Source: Candidatus Latescibacterota bacterium | GTDB taxonomy: Bacteria; Latescibacterota; UBA2968; UBA8231 | Direction of reading: 5' to 3' | NCBI GenBank assembly: GCA_965243025.1 | Contig: CBDETY010000003.1 | Location: 1,888,001-1,952,000, forward strand | DNA: 64,000 nucleotides | Shown: positions 57,557 to 64,000 of the stretch, in pieces | Layout of the letters: each line of letters begins with the position of its first letter | How positions within the stretch are numbered: the stretch's first letter is position 1 | Notes under the pieces: model-generated | Told to the model about the DNA's origin: nothing | What the model saw: only the letters and a program-made list of their open reading frames with translations | Database searches by the model: none | Made by a program: the position numbers and the translations under genes

Positions 57557-58600
57557 GTGGGCAAACACAATGAAGAGGAAGCTGATTCAGTGGAGAGTAG
57601 TACGGGCTATCGCCTCTGGTTGAAGCTTCGGGTGGGTAAGACGCTGGGAACGGAAGAAGCTGCCCTGACGGCATCGGTGGCCGGCAGGAAAGTCGTGATC
57701 GAGTCCGAGTCGCAACCGCTCAAAGAGGCGTCATGGTTGTTGATCGGATGTCGCGGATTCGAGGCCGAAGACGACGCACGGGATTTCGGCGAGAAGCTCC
57801 GGCGAGCCGCCCATATGGCCGGGTTGTGCGCCCGAGTGGGTGTCGACGCGGGCGAAGACCGCACGGTCTCATGGTTCAATCCGGAGGTCTTGCGAGAATC
57901 CGGTGCCCTGGATCCCGATACACGACTCGGACCCGACATCCATGGCCTCCTGGTCCTGCCGGACGACGGGAAGACGGTGTTCCTTCGCATCGGGCAGCCG
58001 ACGGTGTCGGTACGCTCGAATGCCGGTGATTTCGTGCGGGCTCTTCAGGACGCGTTGCCGGAGAGCGATGAGCCCGCGGGCGATTCCCCCTCGATTCGGC
58101 GGGCGGTGAGAGTGCTGAATATGGCCGAGGTGAATACCGACCCAATCGTGAAGATCGTGATAGCGGTTTCCACCGTCGAAGGGTTGGCGACCGATCCGCC
58201 GTGGACGGACGCACAGAAGGGACTGATCGAGAGTGCCGCCGCTTGGCTTGAGCGCACGCATGGCGACGGCGAAGAGGTCCGCTAGGTCGCCAAGGCGATT
58301 CTCGGAATACGACCCGAGAGCATCCGTCAGCGGATACAGGAGATGCTTAATTCAAATGACCTGTCGGACTTGTTGCGGGATTGGGACGCCCTGTACGAGA
58401 AGCGGAGCCGCTTGTTCCACGGTGGAAGGGGTGGAAGGAAGGACGGCGGCGAGCAGCGGGGCGAACACTTGGAGGAATCCGAGCTTCACGCCTTGGGTCA
58501 AGAGGCATTGAGGCTCTGTGGTAGGATTGTCCTATCCATGGCAAAGCGAGAACGGATTCCGGTTCCCGGACGAGCTAGCGTGCATTTCGGTGTCGAATGA
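57557..58600 (+). pseudogene. HEPN (ApeA-like) domain protein with an in-frame TAG at 58283-58285
   Basis: ORFs 57557-58285 and 58343-58600 share a frame; readthrough gives ...AVSTVEGLA...LYEKRSRLFHG (Rx4H). Confidence 0.8.
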
Positions 58601-58808
58601 GTTTGATCAGGCGGCCGGTCGACGAGGCCGACGCCGTGCTTGAGTAGGTTGCCGGGATTCCAATCCGATCACGGGTCGAACCGGGTAGGCCGTGAGTGCC
58701 CCAGAAATCGATGGTTCCTCAAGGCGATGGTCTACTGTGTTTTCCGAAATTCCCTAGATTCTTTCGGGAGCTGGGAATCGTCGAACGCACCCAGATGAAA
58801 CTCCGGGA

Positions 58809-61800
58809 TCAGTTTTCAGGACCGGCAACAGATTTAGGGTTTTCCGCCACCATCCGCCACGATTTACCAGGGAGGATCCATTTCCCGGCGGTCTGAGTCG
58901 GATTCCGGATGGGAAGCACTTGGTAGCCGTCGTCATCCGTCTTCTCCACTACATAGAGGTACCACGAATCCGTCCCCTGCTTTTCCGCCGTTTCAAACGC
59001 CTTGCCTATCTGAGCGCGCGTCAGCTCCACGACCTCCTCTTCATCCCAGGGACGGCCCCTCCCCTTCACCTCGATCAGCCGAACTGCCTTGGTCCTCGGG
59101 TCAGTACTGCGGATATCCCAGCCGGTTTGACGGGGATCTCCAAGTTTCGGCTCTCGGCCTGCTTCTCTCTCGTATTGCGCCGCAACCATTCGGTACTCTT
59201 CGTCCCCGAGAGCCGTAGGCCGGTCTTCGTTGGAGATTCCGGTGCCGGCTGCATCGTCCTCTTCAGGGTTCGGCGCGATCTCCCCTTTCAGCGAACCCCT
59301 CAACTGTTCCGCCAGGGCGTTCTGTCGGGCAAGAGCTCTGTCAATGGTGTAAGAGCCGCCGGTTGAACCGGACTCCGGGCGCTCAAGCTCACCGGGTTGC
59401 CCTGTCTCGTCGTCGACCGCCTTCCCATCGCCGGACAGATTAGACTTTCCAAGCCCAGAGGCGCCGGAAGTGCGCGTCTGGTCCGTAGGAGCAACCGCGG
59501 CGTGCCTTTCGTCCCCGGTCGGTGCAGCGGTACTCGGGGGTTGAGTCGGCTCGTCCCCAGGATCGGTTACTTCCTCATGATCCCAATCCAGCCGGAAGGC
59601 TGGCGGCAATTCGAATTGGGGAACATGGGAACGCCGGAACTTTTCTGCGGCAAAACGAAAATCCTGATCGACGTCAATTGCCGTCAGCATGCCAGTGAGA
59701 TCGGCGGCAAGATCTGCACGCTGTCTGAACGAAAATTCTCGTAGGAGTTCCTTGGCCGCGTCGGACGCGAACTGAAGCGGGCGGCCAGCGACGGTCAGAG
59801 CGCTCTCGTGCAGGCGGGCGTTCACCGGCACATCCTCGATGTCACCGTCAAGCAACCGAACCTGGAGAGTAAGCTCGCGAACGCAGATCAGCCTGGGGAG
59901 TTTTTCTGTCTCGATTCCGACTCCGTCGCCTTCCTCTTGCTCATTCCCCCGAACCCGTTGGAGAAGCTGGCAGGTAAGGTCGAACCTGGAAACCCAATCA
60001 TCGGAGAGTGGGGTCTCTTCTCCGCAACGCCACTTCAAGATGACCGAAGACGACAGGAGCGGAAGGCCAATCGCTTCCGCAGTGCCAAGTTGCTGCGGCC
60101 GGGAACGGCCAAGGTGTCCGCCCGTGACAATTCGCACTTGGTGTTTGCTTGGGAGAAATCTCCGATCTTCGATGTCGTCAAAATAGGTGTTGTCGGCCTC
60201 GGTCAAGAAAACCCAATCCCGTTCAGCAAAGACCGTTGCCTCCTTGGTGGCTTCCTCCCATCGTTCAGATAGCCCCGTTTCTCCTGAACAGTCTTCAAGG
60301 CAGTAGGCATATGCGGTCGGGAGCACGTAGCGCACCTCGTTCGCCAACCCTTCGGGCGATAAGCGGGCACGCTTCCATACCTCCCGGATATAATCCATGG
60401 CTTGGCTGCCGGTTGTGGTCTCCGGGAACTCAAAGGGTAAGTCGGGATGTTCCAACTCCGTCCGCAGCACATCTTCGATCTGATCCAGCGGTACGACCCA
60501 ACCTCCCAGCCCGCCTCGGAGACTACCCCCGACCCGCCGGACGATCCGATCAAGCGGGAAACGCCGGTTCTCACTGGACGGCACTGTGAGTTCTTGGAGA
60601 GTTTGATCGAATAAGCCCCTGTCCGTGTTCGACGTTACCTGTTCGCGGCACTCGGCAAGGAGCTGCGCCAGCTCTTCGGCATCGAGTCGGGAGCCGAGAG
60701 CCGAGAGTCTGCGGAGCGATGTAGCTTCCGGAATGACCGTACCGAATTCCACCCCTTCCTGTTCCAATTCGGACACGAGTTCGGATGAAAGTTGCGCAAC
60801 CGGCGCATCTTCCCGTGCTGGGTCGGGCCGTGGAAGTACGTCCTGCGGACGCCGGAGTTCGCCATCTTCACAGGGCACCCATGCCAGTTTGGATAGCTTG
60901 ATCACCCAGACGCTCGGGGTTCCATGGCTGATGTAGGAATGGTAATAGAAATACCAGCACTGCCGCCGCCCCGTGGCATGGAGGACTTGGGAACCATCCT
61001 CGATCCAGGCAGCCAGAGCCCCTCGGAGTTCTCTGGGTGAATCCGGACTCGGAAGACTTGGCTCGATGTCGAAGTCCAGAAGGCGGTAGCCGCTGTCATT
61101 CGATTCACGGATCGTGCCAAGGTCGAGGCCAAGGAATTCCGCCACACGCTGACGATTCCCTCGGAAAGCAAACTCCCGCAAGGTCCGCACTTCGATCTCT
61201 CCCTTTGCGCCAGCTTTCTCGAAGAAAGCCCGCCATTCCCTTGAGTTTGCATGCTTTGGATCCTGGTCCAAGTAATCCGCCGAGATCGACGGGTTCGCCG
61301 GAAACAGGAGGGCGCGATCCCCACCGTGTTCAACATACGGAGTTGCCAGAAGTGCCTCGCCAACCGGAAGGCTCGCTGATCCGCTCTCGGAATCCACAAG
61401 CACGTGAGTCAACAGGTCGGGGCGATTTCGATGTTTCGACCAGTGCCCAAGTGATACGAGCACCGACCAGTCCGGATTCGCAGATTGCATTAGATCGTTC
61501 ACGGCAGCCTCGACGATCTCCTGAAGACTGATGCCGCGGGCGTGCCTCTCGATCCAATCCCACGCTTGCGAAAGGAGCGTCGGCTCTGGCTCGTTGCGTC
61601 TCCGTTGGCGAAGGGTGGCAACCCATTCGTCCTCCAGGCGATTCTCGTTCGGGACGAACGGCTCCACGAATTCGCGGGTTTCGGATCCGCCCGGCTCCCT
61701 TTTGGAAGGAATCCTCTCGTTGAGGAATACGACCTTGGTCACCGGGTGCCATTTGCCGGCGAGGGAACGAATGCAATAAAGATCGACATCCCCCCAGACA

Positions 61801-63371
61801 TCATTAGAAAGCAGATCGGCGACAGCAGCCCATAGGCGAAAAAGCAGGCGCCGCCGACTCTCGTGCTCTCCGGGGAACTGTTTCCACCAATCTTCCAGAC
61901 CACCCTGCCACGCTTGCTCCAATTCTTGCGGCGACATCTCGCCGAGAAGACCAATCCGGCGTAGAAGAATGAGCGCTTTGTGTCCAACCACCTCGTTTAT
62001 AAGCACGGACCCTTTCAGAAGAACCGCCGGTCGCAATTCCGGATATTCCCTGAACGCCCTCGCCAAGGCGTCGGGCGGAACGACGGTTTCGCCCGGTTTC
62101 GCGAACGCCAGTGTGCCGTTCTCCTCACTCCAAACGGGAAACACCGCAGCGTCTTCAAGGCGATTCCGCAACCCCGACAGCCAGGGCTCCTCGGAAAGCA
62201 GTGCTTCAAGTCCTCCAGCCTCGGACGATGGCAACGCGAGGGCCCAAAAAGCCGCCTTGGCCCTGTCGGGCTCCCCAAGCGTATTGGCGGACCATTGGAG
62301 AAAGCTCGTCAATATGTCCGCGATACCGCGCTGCCAGGGATTGTCCTCGATCTCCCGGAGGCCAGTTCGGGAGATATTCAACAGCCAGTCGGCATTGATG
62401 TGAAGACCAAAGGGCAGAGTAACCTCAGTGGGCAAGGTTGCCCAGACCCGTCCCTTGGGGGGTGGTTTGGGAGTGCCGTCGTTATCCAAGGGCAGCACCC
62501 CCAACACCCGGCGATCACGGGCGGCTTCAGCGTAAACCTGCTCGCGCTCTTCCTCGGAAGGCTGGATTTTGCGGTGTTCGAGAAAACACGCAACCGATTC
62601 TCTGGAAGGTCGGAATGGCGCCGAAAATAGCCGCCAGAGCCGATTTTCGTGGTGCGTAACCGCAGTTGCCACCAAGCTCCCCCCGGCCTCTTCGCTGATG
62701 CTCAATTCCCACACCTGACCGTTCACTTCGAGGCGCTCCAGCCCGGACATCGCCAAGATTGCGAGTAGGGTGCGGTCTCCCTCGGGGAGAAAGTGCGCCA
62801 AGTCCGCTTGGAGGTCCCGTCCTCCTTCCGTTTGCCCGTGCATCTCGAACCGGGTGGTGAATCCAGGTTCGGGTGCCGGGATGGTGTCATCCCAGACTGG
62901 GGTTACCGCCCCCAACAAATCGCGTTGTACGTCTCCATACTCCTGGCCCTCCACCTGAGTGGTCTCATAGCGGAATGTCCAACCGCTCCCGGAGATCCAG
63001 GCATTTTGAAACCTCCCGAAGACACTCTTGAAGCCGATACCCATGAAGCCTACGGACGAGGGGCCTTTGGTCGACCGGAAGACTTTTGAGAGTCCCCTGA
63101 CGTCTTCCTCGTCGAGAGGTTGACCTCCATCGTGCTGGAAGGTCAAAGCGTCGCCGTTTTCTGCAACCCGGACTGCGATTGAATGTGCCCCTGCATCGAG
63201 TGCATTCTGGACCAGTTCAAACAGGTATACCCATGGATTCTCGAAGGCTAACTCGAAAACACGCAGTATGGCGCGGCCATCGGGTGAGCCGTAAAACCTC
63301 TGGTTCTCCTCGGCCAATCTCGAGACGAATGATTTTCGTTCATCGTTATCTATGGCGTTCATCCGATTCAT
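58809..63371 (-). CDS. Sacsin/NO VEIN-like protein: N-terminal GHKL ATPase, C-terminal DUF3883 PD-(D/E)xK nuclease-like domain
   Basis: ELVQNALDAGA, HDG, GFMGIGFKSVF, ATLPT..LPFGLHINADW; C-term GWDIRS...LIEVKG...ELTRAQ...WYLYVV. Confidence 0.88.
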   Translation of the reverse strand: MNRMNAIDNDERKSFVSRLAEENQRFYGSPDGRAILRVFELAFENPWVYLFELVQNALDAGAHSIAVRVAENGDALTFQHDGGQPLDEEDVRGLSKVFRSTKGPSSVGFMGIGFKSVFGRFQNAWISGSGWTFRYETTQVEGQEYGDVQRDLLGAVTPVWDDTIPAPEPGFTTRFEMHGQTEGGRDLQADLAHFLPEGDRTLLAILAMSGLERLEVNGQVWELSISEEAGGSLVATAVTHHENRLWRLFSAPFRPSRESVACFLEHRKIQPSEEEREQVYAEAARDRRVLGVLPLDNDGTPKPPPKGRVWATLPTEVTLPFGLHINADWLLNISRTGLREIEDNPWQRGIADILTSFLQWSANTLGEPDRAKAAFWALALPSSEAGGLEALLSEEPWLSGLRNRLEDAAVFPVWSEENGTLAFAKPGETVVPPDALARAFREYPELRPAVLLKGSVLINEVVGHKALILLRRIGLLGEMSPQELEQAWQGGLEDWWKQFPGEHESRRRLLFRLWAAVADLLSNDVWGDVDLYCIRSLAGKWHPVTKVVFLNERIPSKREPGGSETREFVEPFVPNENRLEDEWVATLRQRRRNEPEPTLLSQAWDWIERHARGISLQEIVEAAVNDLMQSANPDWSVLVSLGHWSKHRNRPDLLTHVLVDSESGSASLPVGEALLATPYVEHGGDRALLFPANPSISADYLDQDPKHANSREWRAFFEKAGAKGEIEVRTLREFAFRGNRQRVAEFLGLDLGTIRESNDSGYRLLDFDIEPSLPSPDSPRELRGALAAWIEDGSQVLHATGRRQCWYFYYHSYISHGTPSVWVIKLSKLAWVPCEDGELRRPQDVLPRPDPAREDAPVAQLSSELVSELEQEGVEFGTVIPEATSLRRLSALGSRLDAEELAQLLAECREQVTSNTDRGLFDQTLQELTVPSSENRRFPLDRIVRRVGGSLRGGLGGWVVPLDQIEDVLRTELEHPDLPFEFPETTTGSQAMDYIREVWKRARLSPEGLANEVRYVLPTAYAYCLEDCSGETGLSERWEEATKEATVFAERDWVFLTEADNTYFDDIEDRRFLPSKHQVRIVTGGHLGRSRPQQLGTAEAIGLPLLSSSVILKWRCGEETPLSDDWVSRFDLTCQLLQRVRGNEQEEGDGVGIETEKLPRLICVRELTLQVRLLDGDIEDVPVNARLHESALTVAGRPLQFASDAAKELLREFSFRQRADLAADLTGMLTAIDVDQDFRFAAEKFRRSHVPQFELPPAFRLDWDHEEVTDPGDEPTQPPSTAAPTGDERHAAVAPTDQTRTSGASGLGKSNLSGDGKAVDDETGQPGELERPESGSTGGSYTIDRALARQNALAEQLRGSLKGEIAPNPEEDDAAGTGISNEDRPTALGDEEYRMVAAQYEREAGREPKLGDPRQTGWDIRSTDPRTKAVRLIEVKGRGRPWDEEEVVELTRAQIGKAFETAEKQGTDSWYLYVVEKTDDDGYQVLPIRNPTQTAGKWILPGKSWRMVAENPKSVAGPEN

Positions 63372-63874
63372 CGCGACCGTCCAGGCAACCTGATATGCCC
63401 TCGGTTCCTTGAACCCATCCACCAACGGGGAGCACCACCGAGCCGAGGAGTCAGGAGACGACTCAGCAGGAGTACCCAATTAAGCAGGCAAGAAAATAAG
63501 GCTCCCTGCATGAGAACAAAGTGAGAATGCGTCTTCGAAAGCAGAAAGGTGGGAATGGTGGGGGAGGCCGCGGGCGGTCGCCGGCACATGGATCGGAGAG
63601 CCCCCCCGGCTCTGATTGAGGAGGGATCTCAGTCCGGGATCGGTGTTCCGGAGATTTCAGGAACGGCGGCGTCGAGGTCGCTGCTGAGGGATACGATCTG
63701 GTGACCTTTGGCTCCACGACGGCCAGGGCCTCTCCGACGAGGAGACCCCTTTCATCGCCTGGGGTTTCCAGCAGACCGTCGAGCGATGCAGAAGACAGAC
63801 AGGCTGCCATGGTAGGAATCCCCGGTTGCCTGCTGGATCTTCTTCCGATTCGGCCAGGGCGCGTCGAAGTGTCG

Positions 63875-64000
63875 CTAGTAGCTCTGTTAAAGAGTCGGCA
63901 TTGAATTTTGGACCTTCACCAACTTGGCATCGTCCCGGTTTCGATGTCGCCATACGAGGTACTCCTGCATGCGTTGGCCGACGTCTCGATGGTCCCTTGG
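63875..64000 (-). mobile_element. 3' end of an IS630-family transposase and its right end (partial)
   Basis: Minus frame from 64000: PRDHRDVGQRMQEYLVWRHRNRDDAKLVKVQNSMPTL* (stop 63887), followed closely by ...CTACTAG. Confidence 0.65.

Noticed and set aside
63657-63953. 98-aa ORF with an AGGAG upstream
   Set aside because: Overlaps the IS630 transposase tail in another frame and crosses the IS end

Overview
GC-rich bacterial chromosome segment. The rplM-rpsI-rpsB order, a DUF6785-type membrane protein and a FlgD-Ig/T9SS-type C-terminal tag suggest an FCB-group or related uncultured lineage (e.g. Latescibacterota/Gemmatimonadota-like); this is inference only. Bases 1-53 kb are mostly housekeeping: ribosomal proteins, ispDF, queA, a fused ECF ATPase, pyrC, an RNase HII-YraN fusion, a dnaK-less hrcA-grpE-dnaJ-mrp-prmA-rsmE-aroQ operon, rpiA, ilvD, folA, aspC and iscS. 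Embedded in it is a lipid locus (26-39 kb): an ElbD-like FAR-adenylation-ACP-acyltransferase with degenerate adenylation motifs, translationally coupled to lgt and an old yellow enzyme, and divergent from a lipid kinase and an MCE/Mla operon containing an unknown beta-barrel. From 53.1 kb the window is accessory DNA. A 4.1-kb IS1595-family cargo element truncates a host gene and carries an NYN-cold-shock protein, unannotated small peptides and several G-U-containing hairpins, including a type I toxin-antitoxin-like cassette. It is followed by a decayed P4-type integrase, an amber-interrupted HEPN gene, a sacsin/NOV-like ATPase-nuclease and the end of an IS630. No tRNA, rRNA or CRISPR array was seen.
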